This document shows positions 53,279-63,369 of a stretch of DNA of 64,000 nt, piece after piece. The stretch comes from Candidatus Bipolaricaulota bacterium (GTDB lineage: Bacteria; Bipolaricaulota; Bipolaricaulia; Bipolaricaulales; Bipolaricaulaceae). The stretch is from the NCBI GenBank assembly GCA_938084715.1, contig CALKES010000016.1, positions 1 through 64,000 on the forward strand, given 5' to 3'. The position numbers and the translations under genes are program-made. Each line of letters opens with the position of its first letter. Position 1 is the stretch's first letter. The notes under the pieces are model-generated. The model worked only from the letters and a program-made list of their open reading frames with translations. It was not told the DNA's origin and did no database searches.

Positions 53279-54277
53279 GTGACCTACAGGCGACGGGTCC
53301 AGGTGACGGGGGGAGGGACGTTCCTCGTGACCCTCCCCAAGGAGTGGGCAGACCGGGTGGGGGTGGTCCAGGGGACGGAGATGGTCCTCATCCCCAACGA
53401 GTCCGGGGCGATGCTCCTCGTACCGCCCGGGGTCAAGGACCGCAACCGCTGCACCCTAACCCTCGCCGGGAAGGACCGGGTCCACCTCAGGCGGGAGATC
53501 ATCGCCCGCTACATCGCCGGCTACGACGTGATCGAAGTGATCGGCTCCCGTATCGGCCCGGAGAGCCGGCGGGCGGTCCGGGAGATCGCTCAGTCCCTCG
53601 TGGGGGTGGAGGTCCTAGGGGAGACCCAAGGGGCGGTGGCCCTCCACTGCGTGGCCAACGTCCAGGACTTCCCCGCCCCCGTCACCGTCCGGCGGATCCT
53701 GGAGATCGCCGGGGCGATGTGGGACGACGCGGTGACGGCGTTCCTTGGGCGGGACGAGGAGCTCGCCCAGGACGTGGAGGAGCGGGATGGAGACGTGGAC
53801 CGGCTCGTCCTCCTCGTGGCCCGGCAGTTCGGGCTCCTCCTGCGGGACCTCATCGTGGAGGAGGAGGTTGGGCTGTCCCGGTTCCAGTTCCTCCACTACC
53901 ACACCGTGGCCGACCAGCTGGAGCGGGTGGCGGACCACGCGGTCAAGGTGTCCCAGGCCGCCCGAGCCCTCGCCTCGCCCCTTCCCGCCCGGTGGGGGGA
54001 CCGGATCCGCCGGGCCGCGGCCGCCTCCCAGGACGTGGTCCGGGAGGCGGTGGCGGCGTTCACCGAGCGGAGCGTGGAGCGGGCCAACGCGGTCCTGGCT
54101 GGGAAGGGTGCCGACCCTGCCCCCTCGGACTGGCTCCACTCCCTCCTCGCCGAGGAGCCGGCCAACGCCCCGCCCCTCACCCTCCTCCACGACAGCCTCC
54201 TCCGCTGCCGGGAGCACGGGTTCAACATCGCCGAAACCGCCCTCGACGCTGCCGTCCCAGCCGTGGGTTCTATATAG
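53279..54277 (+). CDS. AbrB/SpoVT-PhoU fusion regulator (phosphate-uptake regulator PhoU family)
   Basis: N-terminal swapped-hairpin RRRVQVTGGGTFLVTLPKEWADRVGVVQGTEMVL, then two PhoU-like helical repeats (DVDRLVLLVARQ..., ERVADHAVKV...). GTG at 53279 with aaggagggg upstream. Confidence 0.75.
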   Translation: MTYRRRVQVTGGGTFLVTLPKEWADRVGVVQGTEMVLIPNESGAMLLVPPGVKDRNRCTLTLAGKDRVHLRREIIARYIAGYDVIEVIGSRIGPESRRAVREIAQSLVGVEVLGETQGAVALHCVANVQDFPAPVTVRRILEIAGAMWDDAVTAFLGRDEELAQDVEERDGDVDRLVLLVARQFGLLLRDLIVEEEVGLSRFQFLHYHTVADQLERVADHAVKVSQAARALASPLPARWGDRIRRAAAASQDVVREAVAAFTERSVERANAVLAGKGADPAPSDWLHSLLAEEPANAPPLTLLHDSLLRCREHGFNIAETALDAAVPAVGSI

Positions 54278-54349
54278 AGCGAGGTTTGTCTCCACTCGGT
54301 CCTTAGGCTCTGTAACGCCATACAAGACGAAGATCACCGGCCCAAACCC

Positions 54350-54377
54350 TTGACCGTCTTTCTCTGGCTCATATACT
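54350..54377 (+). promoter_or_regulatory. Putative sigma-A promoter of the pst operon
   Basis: TTGACC (54350-54355), 16-nt spacer, TATACT (54372-54377). It lies in the only AT-richer patch of the region, ~38 nt upstream of the pstS ATG. Confidence 0.4.
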
Positions 54378-54414
54378 AAGTGCCAAATCTATGAATAAAA
54401 GGAGGAACCTAAAG

Positions 54415-55542
54415 ATGCAAAACAAGTGGCTACGGGCAGTGGTTCTCGGGCTGGCGGTCCTCGGGGTGGTGGGGCTTGGGCAGCCCACGGCCCCGCGGGA
54501 CTCCCTGGCGATCCTCATCGACGGCTCGAGCACGGTGGGCCCGGTCACCGAGGCGGTGGCCAAGGAGTTCCTCGCCCAGGCCCCCCGGGCGCGGATCTCG
54601 GTTGGGATCAGCGGCACGAGCGGCGGGTTCCGCCGGTTCCTGGCAAGCGAGACGGACATCAACGACGCCTCCCGCCCCATCCGGCCAGCGGAGATCGCCA
54701 CGGCCAAGGAGCGGGGGATCGAGTACCTTGAGCTCATGATCGGCCTCGACGGCGTGGTCGTCGCCGTGTCCCGGAACACCGAGATCTTCAAGGACGGGGT
54801 CCCGGTGATGACCCTTGGGGAGCTCAACCTCCTCTGGAGCAAGGAGAGCGAGGGGCTCATCACCCGCTGGAGCCAGATCAGCCCCCGATTTGCCGATGCC
54901 CCGATCGTTCTCTCCGGCGCCGCCTCCACCTCGGGGACGTTCGACGTGTTCACCGCCGTGGTGACCGGCAAGGAGGGGGACAGCCGGACCGACTACTTCG
55001 GGACCGAGGAGGACCAGCTCCTCGCGGAGCAGACGGGGGCCAATCCCTTCGCCCTGACCTACTTTGGCTTCGCCTTCCTCGAGAACAACCGGGACCGAGT
55101 GCAGGCAATCGCCATCGACCCCCGGCTGGAGGTCATCGACACCCCGCAGGAGATCCTTGATCAGATCAACACCCGACGGGCTGCGGCGGGGAAGAAGCCC
55201 CTCGTCGCGGCGGGCGGCAAACCCCAGGGGATCCTCCCGACGGTGGACACCATCGCCAGCTTCACCTACCCCATCAGCCGGCCCCTGTTCTTCTACGTGA
55301 ACGCAAGGTCGGCCGAGCGGCCCCTCGTGGACCAATTCGTCCGCTTCTACCTTAGCGAGGAGATCATCGGAGACCAGGAGTTCATGCTCGACGTGGGCTA
55401 CCTCCCGGTTGGGCCGGAGCTCCGGGAGGCGGCGCGCCGGATCTGGACGAACCGGATCACCGGGACAGCGTTCGGGGGGACGATCACCGGGTTCACCCCC
55501 GAGCAGATCGCCCAGCTGTACCGGAAGCACGCCGGGCTGTAA
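54415..55542 (+). CDS. pstS: Phosphate ABC transporter substrate-binding protein PstS
   Basis: Signal peptide; GSSTVGPV, SGTSGGF. RBS aaggagg precedes ATG 54415. Confidence 0.9.
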   Translation: MQNKWLRAVVLGLAVLGVVGLGQPTAPRDSLAILIDGSSTVGPVTEAVAKEFLAQAPRARISVGISGTSGGFRRFLASETDINDASRPIRPAEIATAKERGIEYLELMIGLDGVVVAVSRNTEIFKDGVPVMTLGELNLLWSKESEGLITRWSQISPRFADAPIVLSGAASTSGTFDVFTAVVTGKEGDSRTDYFGTEEDQLLAEQTGANPFALTYFGFAFLENNRDRVQAIAIDPRLEVIDTPQEILDQINTRRAAAGKKPLVAAGGKPQGILPTVDTIASFTYPISRPLFFYVNARSAERPLVDQFVRFYLSEEIIGDQEFMLDVGYLPVGPELREAARRIWTNRITGTAFGGTITGFTPEQIAQLYRKHAGL

Positions 55543-55555
55543 CCTTCAAGGAGGC

Positions 55556-56473
55556 ATGGCCACACCCTCTCGCTCCCTCCCCCGAGCCGCTCGCGGCCGC
55601 AGCCGCCGCGAGCGGCTCGCCACCTGGGGGCTCACCCTGGCTGGGCTCCTGGCGGTCGCCATCACCCTCACGATCATCGCCCTGTTCGTCCACGGGAGCC
55701 TCCCGTTCCTCCGCACCGTCCCCCTCGGGGAGTTCCTGGGGGGGACGCGGTGGGCCCCGATCCACGAGCCGGCGGGCTACGGGATCCTCCCCCTGATCGG
55801 GGCGACCCTGGTCACGACGGGAATCGCCCTGGGGGTCGCCGTGCCCCTGGGGCTTCTGGCCGCGGTGTTCCTGAGCGCCTACGCCCCCAGCCCCGTCCGC
55901 CGGGTCCTCAAGCCGGCCTTGGAGCTCCTGGCGGGCGTTCCCACCGTCGTGTACGGTTTTTTCGCCTTGCGGTTCGTGACCCCGCTCCTCCAGGGGTTTA
56001 TCCCAAGCTTGGGGTTCTGGAACGGGCTTTCCGCGGGGCTGGTCATGGGGGTGATGATCATCCCCTACATGGCCTCCCTTTCGGAGGACGTCCTGTACGC
56101 AGTTCCCCGTTCCCTGTGGGAGGGGGCGTACGCCCTTGGGGCCACGCGGTTTGAGGCCGTGACGCGGGTCGTGATCCCCGCGGCCTTGTCGGGAATCGGG
56201 GCCGCGTTCATCCTCGCCCTCACCCGGGCGGTGGGGGAGACGATGATCGTCGCCCTGGCCGCCGGGCGAACCCCCACCTGGCCCCCGGATCCCCGGCAGC
56301 CCCTCCTCACCCTGACCACGGCGATTGTGAACATCGCCACGGGGGACCACGAGGCCACGGCGTTCATCTGGTCCGCGGTGTTCGCCATCGGGCTTCTCCT
56401 CTTCCTCACCACCCTCGTCCTCAACACGGTGAGCTACCTCGTGATCCAGCGGTTCCGGGAGAAGTACGCATGA
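55556..56473 (+). CDS. pstC: Phosphate ABC transporter permease PstC
   Basis: EAA-loop region ALGATRFEAVTRVVIPAALSGI. RBS aaggagg precedes ATG 55556. Confidence 0.9.
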   Translation: MATPSRSLPRAARGRSRRERLATWGLTLAGLLAVAITLTIIALFVHGSLPFLRTVPLGEFLGGTRWAPIHEPAGYGILPLIGATLVTTGIALGVAVPLGLLAAVFLSAYAPSPVRRVLKPALELLAGVPTVVYGFFALRFVTPLLQGFIPSLGFWNGLSAGLVMGVMIIPYMASLSEDVLYAVPRSLWEGAYALGATRFEAVTRVVIPAALSGIGAAFILALTRAVGETMIVALAAGRTPTWPPDPRQPLLTLTTAIVNIATGDHEATAFIWSAVFAIGLLLFLTTLVLNTVSYLVIQRFREKYA

Positions 56474-57867
56474 GGCGGAAGCTGGTGGGATGGGGGTTCG
56501 CGGCCGTGGCGGGGATGGCCCTCGGGATCGGCCTCCTTGTCCTCATCGTGCTCATTGCCACCACCGCCCTCCAGGCCGCTCCGATCACCGCGATGCGGGC
56601 GGTGGCCGGGGCCGGGATCTCCCTCTCCTTGCGAAGCATGGAGGTACCGGGGACGCGGGAGGCCGCGGGATATGTGACCGTGGCCCAAGTGGAGGCCGGC
56701 TCTCCCGCGGCCGAGCTCGGCCTCGCCCGGGGGGACGCCCTTCTGGTGGTGGGGAGTGTCCCGGTGGAACGGCCGAGCCAGGCCTGGGAGGCGGTGCGCG
56801 GGGCGCCGGGGGGGCGGGGGGTGGTCCTCCCGGTGGCTTGGCTTCCCCGGGCCGAGGTGGCCTTGGGCACGCTCCGGGCGACCCCAGGCGGGGTGACGGT
56901 GGCCACCCCCTCCCCCATGGCCCAGGCTGGAGGCCTCGCGCCGGGGGACCTTCTCCTCTCCGCCGGCAGCATCCCCATCACCGGGACCCGCCAGGCGTGG
57001 GAGGCCCTGGCCGTGGCCGCCCGCACGGGGGGGGCGCCCGTTGAGGTCAAACTGAATCGGGCCGGGGAGGAGATCCGCCTCCTCTGGGACCCCGTCCGCC
57101 GGGGGGAGCTTCGGTTCGTCCGGGATCCCCTCCGGGCGTGGTGGGGGTTCCTCACCACGCTCAACGAGCCCCGGTACCCGGAGCGGGCTGGGCTCCTGCC
57201 GGCCCTCGTCGGCTCCCTCTACGTGGTCCTCGTGATGGCCGCCGTGGCCTTCCCCTTGGGCATCGCGGGGGCGGTGTACCTCGAGGAGTACGCTCCCACG
57301 AACCTCCTGACCCGAACGATCGAGGTCCTCGTGGCCAACCTCGCCGGGACCCCGTCGGCGGTGGTGGGGATCATCGGCCTGGAGGTGTTCGCGCGGGCGC
57401 TCGGGGCCGGACGGAGCGTCCTTGCGGGGGGGCTGACCCTGGCCGTTCTCATCCTCCCTACGATGGTCGTCGCCTCCCGGGAGGCCCTGCGGGCGGTTCC
57501 TCGGACCCTCCGCGAGGCGGCCCTCGCCCTGGGGGCCACCCGCTGGGAGACTGTCCGCCACCACGTCCTCCCCTACGCCCTCCCTGGGATCCTCACCGGG
57601 ACGATCCTCTCCTTCTCCCGGGCCCTGGGGGAGGCCGCCCCCCTCCTCCTCCTCGGGGCGTTCCTCTTCGTGACCTACGTCCCCCAGGGCTTGGGGGACA
57701 GCTTCACCGTCGTCCCCCTCCAGATCTTCGAGTGGGCGACCCGGCCCCAGGACGGGTTCGCGACGGTGGCCGCGGCGGCGATCGTGGTCCTCGTGACCCT
57801 GCTCCTCCTCCTCAACGCCGTGGCGATCCTCCTTCGCAACCGGTTCGGACGGAGGTGGGCGGGATGA
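56470..57867 (+). CDS. pstA: Phosphate ABC transporter permease PstA carrying a ~170-aa periplasmic tandem PDZ insertion
   Basis: TM1, then two PDZ-like repeats ([33 protein letters not shown]...; [30 protein letters not shown]...), then a canonical PstA core with [22 protein letters not shown]. Confidence 0.85.
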   Translation: MRRKLVGWGFAAVAGMALGIGLLVLIVLIATTALQAAPITAMRAVAGAGISLSLRSMEVPGTREAAGYVTVAQVEAGSPAAELGLARGDALLVVGSVPVERPSQAWEAVRGAPGGRGVVLPVAWLPRAEVALGTLRATPGGVTVATPSPMAQAGGLAPGDLLLSAGSIPITGTRQAWEALAVAARTGGAPVEVKLNRAGEEIRLLWDPVRRGELRFVRDPLRAWWGFLTTLNEPRYPERAGLLPALVGSLYVVLVMAAVAFPLGIAGAVYLEEYAPTNLLTRTIEVLVANLAGTPSAVVGIIGLEVFARALGAGRSVLAGGLTLAVLILPTMVVASREALRAVPRTLREAALALGATRWETVRHHVLPYALPGILTGTILSFSRALGEAAPLLLLGAFLFVTYVPQGLGDSFTVVPLQIFEWATRPQDGFATVAAAAIVVLVTLLLLLNAVAILLRNRFGRRWAG

Positions 57868-58631
57868 GCGAGCACGTGGCTCCACCCGTCCTCAGTACAC
57901 GCAAGTTCAGCCTGTGGTACGGCTCGCACCAAGCGGTGATCGAGGTGGACCTGGACATCGCCGAACGCCAGATTACAGCGATCATCGGCCCCTCGGGGTG
58001 CGGGAAGAGCACCCTCATCCGGGCGTTCAACCGCCTGAACGACCTCATCCCCGGGGTCCGCACCGCCGGGCAGATCCTGTTCCGGGGGGAGCCCCTCTAC
58101 GGCCGGGGGGTGGACCCGGTGGAGGTGCGGCGGCGGATCGGGATGGTGTTTCAAAAGCCCAACCCGTTCCCGAAGTCCGTGTTTGAAAACGTGGCGTTTG
58201 GCCTGCGGATCAACGGGTTCCGAGGCGACCTCAAGGCGAAGGTCGAGGAGGCCCTGGCCCGGGCCGCCCTCCTCGATGAGGTGAAGGGGGACCTCCACCG
58301 GAAGACGGGGTACGACCTCTCCGGGGGCCAGCAGCAGCGGCTGTGCATCGCGCGGGCCCTCGCCGTGGACCCGGAGGTCCTCCTCATGGACGAGCCCTGC
58401 TCGGCCCTCGATCCGATCGCCACGGCAAAGATCGAGGACCTGATCCGGGAGCTCGCCAGTTCCGTCACGGTGGTCATCGTGACCCACAACATGCAGCAGG
58501 CGGCGCGGGTGAGCGACTACACCGCGTTCATGCTCCTGGGGGAGCTCGTGGAGTGCGGGCCCACCCGGGAGCTCTTCACCCGGCCCAAGGACAGTCGGAC
58601 CGAGGCCTACATCACGGGGAGGTTTGGGTAG
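57864..58631 (+). CDS. pstB: Phosphate ABC transporter ATP-binding protein PstB
   Basis: [29 protein letters not shown]. The ATG overlaps the pstA stop. Confidence 0.93.
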   Translation: MSEHVAPPVLSTRKFSLWYGSHQAVIEVDLDIAERQITAIIGPSGCGKSTLIRAFNRLNDLIPGVRTAGQILFRGEPLYGRGVDPVEVRRRIGMVFQKPNPFPKSVFENVAFGLRINGFRGDLKAKVEEALARAALLDEVKGDLHRKTGYDLSGGQQQRLCIARALAVDPEVLLMDEPCSALDPIATAKIEDLIRELASSVTVVIVTHNMQQAARVSDYTAFMLLGELVECGPTRELFTRPKDSRTEAYITGRFG

Positions 58632-59297
58632 ATGGTGCGGGAGGCGTTTGACCGGGAGCTCCGGGCCTTGGAAGAAGAAGTCGTGCTCTTGGGGGAGGCG
58701 GTGGCCGAGGCGACCCTGCGGGCGGTGGACGCCCTGCGGCGGAAGGACGCCGCCCTCGCCCAGAGGGTGGACGAAGACGACGAGGGGATCAACGAGCGGT
58801 GGCTCGCCCTCGAGGAGCGGTGCCTGGAGCTCCTCGCCACCCAGCAGCCGGCCGCGGGCGACCTCCGGGTGCTTCTCGCGATCGTCCACATCGCCACGGA
58901 CCTTGAGCGGATGGGAGACCACGCGGCGGGGGTGGCCCGCCTCGTCCTCCGGATCGGGGACGAGCCCCTGATCAAGCCCCTGATCGACATTCCCCGGATG
59001 GCCGACCTCGCGGCGGGGATGCTCCGGGACTCCCTCCAGGCGTTCCTGGCCCGGGACGCGGCCTGGGCGCGGGCCGTGGCCGCCCGGGACGACGAGGTCG
59101 ACGCCCTCCACGACCAGGTCCACCGGGAGCTCTTCCTCCTCATGATCGAAAACCCCCGGACGATCACCCAGGCCACGTACCTCATGTGGGCTAGCCACGG
59201 TCTTGAGCGGATCGCCGATCTCGTGACCAACGTGTGCGAGCGGGTGGTGTTCGTGGCCACGGGGACCCTGGAGGACCTCAACCCCGGCCGGGGCTAG
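58632..59297 (+). CDS. phoU: Phosphate signaling complex protein PhoU
   Basis: Two PhoU repeats with conserved DLERMGDHA / GLERIADL motifs. Confidence 0.9.
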   Translation: MVREAFDRELRALEEEVVLLGEAVAEATLRAVDALRRKDAALAQRVDEDDEGINERWLALEERCLELLATQQPAAGDLRVLLAIVHIATDLERMGDHAAGVARLVLRIGDEPLIKPLIDIPRMADLAAGMLRDSLQAFLARDAAWARAVAARDDEVDALHDQVHRELFLLMIENPRTITQATYLMWASHGLERIADLVTNVCERVVFVATGTLEDLNPGRG

Positions 59298-59314
59298 GGA
59301 CGTACAATCCCCGC

Positions 59315-60073
59315 ATGCTTCTCGCGGCGGACATCGGGAACTCCCTCATCACCCTCGGGGTCCACGACGGGACCGCCTGGCGGGCCCGCTGGCAGATCCG
59401 GTCCGACCCCGAACGACCAAGCGAGGAGTACGGGATCGTCCTCGAGGGGGTCCTGGGCCGTTCGGGCCTCTCGGGGAAGGTGACCCGCCTCGCCCTGGCG
59501 AGCGCGGTGCCGGCCCTGGTGAGCGCGTTCCGGGAGCTCGGGGAGGGGTGGCTCCGGGTCCCGGTCCTCGTCGTTGGGCCGGGGGTGCGGACGGGGCTCA
59601 CCCTGCGGGTGGATCACCCCTCCGAGGTGGGGCCGGACCTCGTGGCCGACGCGGTCGCGGCCTACGCCCGCTTTGGGGACCGGGCGGTGGCGGTGGACTT
59701 CGGGACGGCAACGGCGCTCGTGGCGGTGGCCCCGCCGGGGGCCCTCGTGGGGGTCACGATCGCTCCCGGGCTCCGGGCGGGGGCGGAGGGCCTGGCCCGC
59801 CTCGCGGCTCAGCTCCCCCACGTCCCCCTCGCCCCGCCCCCCTCGGCCCTGGGGAAGAACACGGTCCACGCGATGCAAGCCGGGGTCGTCCTGGGCCACG
59901 CCGGCCTCGTGTCCGGGCTCCTCACGCGGATCCAGGAGGAACTCGGCCCGACGCGGGTCGTGGCCACGGGACGGTGGGCCCCCCTCCTCGCCCCCTTCTG
60001 CCCGGAGATCGAGGCCGTTGACCCCCACCTGACCCTCGAGGGAATCCGCCTCATCGCCGCCCGGAACCCCTAG
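59315..60073 (+). CDS. coaX: Type III pantothenate kinase
   Basis: MLLAADIGNS..., AVAVDFGTAT, GKNTV motifs. ATG at 59315 (M28 of the track ORF). Confidence 0.88.
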   Translation: MLLAADIGNSLITLGVHDGTAWRARWQIRSDPERPSEEYGIVLEGVLGRSGLSGKVTRLALASAVPALVSAFRELGEGWLRVPVLVVGPGVRTGLTLRVDHPSEVGPDLVADAVAAYARFGDRAVAVDFGTATALVAVAPPGALVGVTIAPGLRAGAEGLARLAAQLPHVPLAPPPSALGKNTVHAMQAGVVLGHAGLVSGLLTRIQEELGPTRVVATGRWAPLLAPFCPEIEAVDPHLTLEGIRLIAARNP

Positions 60074-60143
60074 CTTGCCCCCCGGCCCCAAGGCCGGTAC
60101 CCTCGGCCCCGGAGATGACACTCCTCTGCGAGGTGATACTCCG

Positions 60144-61619
60144 ATGAAGCGCCTGTTCGTTTCTGTCCTCCTGGCCCTCTCCTTCGCTTCGTCCGCGGCC
60201 GAGCTCCGCGTCGCCGTGTCCACCGAGCCGCCCGGGCTCGATCCAACCACAAACGCCGCGGCGGCGATCAAGCTCCTCCTCCACCACAACCTCTACGAGA
60301 CCCTTGTCCAGTTCGACGCCCAAGCCCAGCTCCACGGCCAGCTCGCCCTAGCCTGGGAGATCAGCGAGGACGGCCTCGTCTACACCTTCCACCTTCGGGA
60401 AGGGGTCCTGTTCCACGATGGCACCCCCTGCGCCGGGGAAGCGGTGCGGCGGAGCTTCCTCCGGACCCTCGATCCCCAGACCGGGCACCCCAACCGGGCC
60501 TTCTACGCGGCGATCGACGATGTGGAGGCGGATGGGAACCGGGTCCAGTTCCGCCTCAAGTACCCCAATGCCCCGTTCCTGGCCCTGCTCGCCCTGGGGG
60601 ACTCCGTGGTCGTCCCGGCTCACCGGACCGACCTCGCCACGCACCCGGTGGGGACCGGCCCGTTTCGGTTCGGCGAGTGGCGCCCGGCGGATCGGCTGAT
60701 CCTCGTCCGGAACGGGGATTACTACCTCCCCGACCGGCCGAAGGTGGACCGGGTGGTGTTCCGCTTCCTCCCCGACCCGGCGGCCCAGCTCGCCGCCCTC
60801 CGGGCGGGCGACGTGGACCTCGTGGCCGAGGTTACGCCAGAAGTCGGGGCCTCCCTGCGGAACGACCCCCGGTTCACGGTGGTCTCCGGCCCCTCGAACC
60901 TCGTCCAGGTCCTGGCCATCAACAACGCCCGACCGCCCCTCGATCAGCTCGTGGTCCGGCAGGCGATCGCCCACGCCATCGACCGCGGAGCGATCATCGA
61001 CCGGGTGTTCCTCGGGTTTGGAACGCCCATCGGCAGTCATCTCACCCCCGCCGTCCCCTACTACGTGGACCTCACCGGCCTTTACCCCTACAACCCGGCC
61101 GAGGCGCGGCGGCTCCTGGCAGCGGCGGGATACCGAAACGGGCTCGGCCTGCGGATGGTCCTCCCGGGGAACTACACCCAGCACGTCCGGACCGGGGAGT
61201 TCATCGCCGGCCAGCTCGAGGCGGTGGGGATCCGGGTCCGGATCGAGCTCGTGGACTGGTCGACCTGGCTCGATCGGGTGTTTGGGAAGGCGGACTACGA
61301 CCTGACCGTGATCGGCCACATCGGGCGGGTGGATCCCGCCCTCATGCTCGCCCCCTACGGGGCCGACCGCCTCGACTACTACTTCCGCCGGGGGTGGCGG
61401 AACACCGAACTGGAGGAGCTCCTGGTCCTAGGGGTCCAGACCGCCGACCCTGAAGCCCGGCAGGGGATCTACGCCCGGGTTCAGGAGATTCTCGCGCAAG
61501 AGGTCGTCAACTACTTCATCCAGGACATGGCGGCGATCCACGCCCTCGGGGCCGGGGTGCGGGGGGTCCAGGTGTTCCCTATCTACGTCCTGGACCTCAC
61601 AGCGGTCGAGGTCGGGTAA
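60144..61619 (+). CDS. ABC transporter substrate-binding protein, family 5 (peptide/nickel type)
   Basis: Signal peptide MKRLFVSVLLALSFASSAA; SBP_bac_5-like layout. Confidence 0.82.
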   Translation: MKRLFVSVLLALSFASSAAELRVAVSTEPPGLDPTTNAAAAIKLLLHHNLYETLVQFDAQAQLHGQLALAWEISEDGLVYTFHLREGVLFHDGTPCAGEAVRRSFLRTLDPQTGHPNRAFYAAIDDVEADGNRVQFRLKYPNAPFLALLALGDSVVVPAHRTDLATHPVGTGPFRFGEWRPADRLILVRNGDYYLPDRPKVDRVVFRFLPDPAAQLAALRAGDVDLVAEVTPEVGASLRNDPRFTVVSGPSNLVQVLAINNARPPLDQLVVRQAIAHAIDRGAIIDRVFLGFGTPIGSHLTPAVPYYVDLTGLYPYNPAEARRLLAAAGYRNGLGLRMVLPGNYTQHVRTGEFIAGQLEAVGIRVRIELVDWSTWLDRVFGKADYDLTVIGHIGRVDPALMLAPYGADRLDYYFRRGWRNTELEELLVLGVQTADPEARQGIYARVQEILAQEVVNYFIQDMAAIHALGAGVRGVQVFPIYVLDLTAVEVG

Positions 61620-62424
61620 GCCGGCGGAACGACGGGTCGAGGAGGTCCCGCAGGCCGTCCCCGATCAGGTTGAGCCCCAGCACGGCCAGGGCGAGGACGG
61701 CCCCGGGGAACACCGCCGGCCAGGGGGAGAGCTCGAAGGCGGCCTGGGCCTCCCGGAGCATCCGCCCCCACGCCGGGTCCGGCGGCTGAAGGCCAAGCCC
61801 CAGGTAGCTCAGGGCAGCCTCCGCGAGGAGCGCCGCCCCGAGGGCCACCGTGGCCTGAACGAGGAGGGGGGAGGCGAGGTGGGGGAGGATGTGGTGGCGG
61901 ACGATCCATCCCTCCCCCGCCCCGGAGGCCCGGGCGGCAAGGACGAAGTCCCGGGAGCGGAGGGCGACGAACCCGGCCCGGCTGAGGCGGGCGAAGAACG
62001 GAACGTTGAACAGGGCCAAGGCGAGGGCCACCCCGGGGAGGCCCGGCCCCCACACCGCCCGGAGAAGGAGCGCCACGAGAAGGGCCGGGAAGGCGAGGAG
62101 GGCGTCGGCCAGGCGCATGAGGGCCTCGTCCACCACCCCGCCCAAGGAGCCGGCGAGGGTTCCGAGCCCCGTTCCGACCAGCCCCCCCGCGACCACCGCC
62201 AGGACGGCCACCCCGAGGGACGCCCGGCCTCCCACCATCACCCGGGCGAGGAGGTCCCGGCCAAACCAGTCGGTCCCCATGGGGTGGCGGAGGCTGGGGG
62301 GAGCGTAGGGCTCCCCTCCCAAGGCGTTGGGATCGTGGGGGAGCCAGATCGATCCCACGACGACGGGAAGAAGCGCGAGGAGGAGGCAGATCAGACCGAG
62401 GGTCAGCCCGACGTGGCGCCTCAT
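61597..62424 (-). CDS. ABC transporter permease (DppC/OppC-like)
   Basis: ATG 62424 verified by counting 275 codons. EAA-like ASGAGEGWIVRHHILPH. Confidence 0.82.
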   Translation of the reverse strand: MRRHVGLTLGLICLLLALLPVVVGSIWLPHDPNALGGEPYAPPSLRHPMGTDWFGRDLLARVMVGGRASLGVAVLAVVAGGLVGTGLGTLAGSLGGVVDEALMRLADALLAFPALLVALLLRAVWGPGLPGVALALALFNVPFFARLSRAGFVALRSRDFVLAARASGAGEGWIVRHHILPHLASPLLVQATVALGAALLAEAALSYLGLGLQPPDPAWGRMLREAQAAFELSPWPAVFPGAVLALAVLGLNLIGDGLRDLLDPSFRRLTRPRPL

Positions 62425-63359
62425 GGGTGGCGGATCCGCGGGTCGAGAAGGGCGTAGAGGACGTCGACGGCCAAGTTGACGAGGACCACGAGCGCCCCGA
62501 CGACGACCGCGATGGAGAAGAGCAGGGGGAGGTCCCGCTCCCCCGCGGCTACCACGGCGAGCCTTCCCAGGCCGGGAAGCCCAAATACGTTCTCCACCAC
62601 CATCGCCCCCGCCAGGAGCCGGACGAGGGTGAGGCCCGCCCCCGTGACGACCGGGATCAGGGCGTTGCGCAGGGCGTGGATGCCGAGGACCCGCCAGCCC
62701 GCGACCCCCTTGGCCATCGCGGCTCGGATGTAGTCCTCCCGCAGGACGTCGGCCACCGTGCCCCGGACGAGGCGGGCGAGGTACGCCCCCCGGGGGAGGG
62801 CGAGGGCCACCGCCGGGAGGAGAAGGTACCGCCAGGGTGCGGCGGCCGCCCAGCCGGGGAAGCCCCCGGCGGGGAGCCACCGCAGCCCCACCGCAAACAG
62901 CCCCACGAGGAGGACCCCGAGCCAGAACTCGGGGAGGGCCGTTCCCAGCTGGGCAAACCCCACCGTGGCGAGATCCATCCAGCCCCCCACCCGCCGGGCG
63001 GCGAGAAGCCCCAGGGGGAGCGCCACGACCAGGGCGAGGGCCAGGGCAAGGGCGGCCAGGGGGGCGGTGAGGGCCAGGGCCCCGAGGACGAGCTCCCGGG
63101 CCGGCCGGCCGTAGCGGAGGGACTCCCCCCAGTCCCCCGTGAGCACCCCCCCGACCCACCGCCCGAACCGGGTCGGCCAGGGGTCGTCAAGCCCCAGGCG
63201 CTCCCGGGCCGCCTGGTACTCCTCCGGCGAGGCCTCGAGCCCCACCACGAGCCGGGCCGGGTCCCCGGGGAGGACGTCGACGGCGAGGAACACGAGAACG
63301 GCCACGAGAACCAGGGTGAGCGCCGAGGCGCCCACCCGCCGCAGGAGGTGGCCGAGCAT
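62421..63359 (-). CDS. ABC transporter permease (DppB/OppB-like)
   Basis: BPD_transp_1 profile and AAMAKGVAGWRVLGIHALRNALIPV. Confidence 0.85.
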   Translation of the reverse strand: MLGHLLRRVGASALTLVLVAVLVFLAVDVLPGDPARLVVGLEASPEEYQAARERLGLDDPWPTRFGRWVGGVLTGDWGESLRYGRPARELVLGALALTAPLAALALALALVVALPLGLLAARRVGGWMDLATVGFAQLGTALPEFWLGVLLVGLFAVGLRWLPAGGFPGWAAAAPWRYLLLPAVALALPRGAYLARLVRGTVADVLREDYIRAAMAKGVAGWRVLGIHALRNALIPVVTGAGLTLVRLLAGAMVVENVFGLPGLGRLAVVAAGERDLPLLFSIAVVVGALVVLVNLAVDVLYALLDPRIRHP

Positions 63360-63369
63360 CGCCCCCCGC

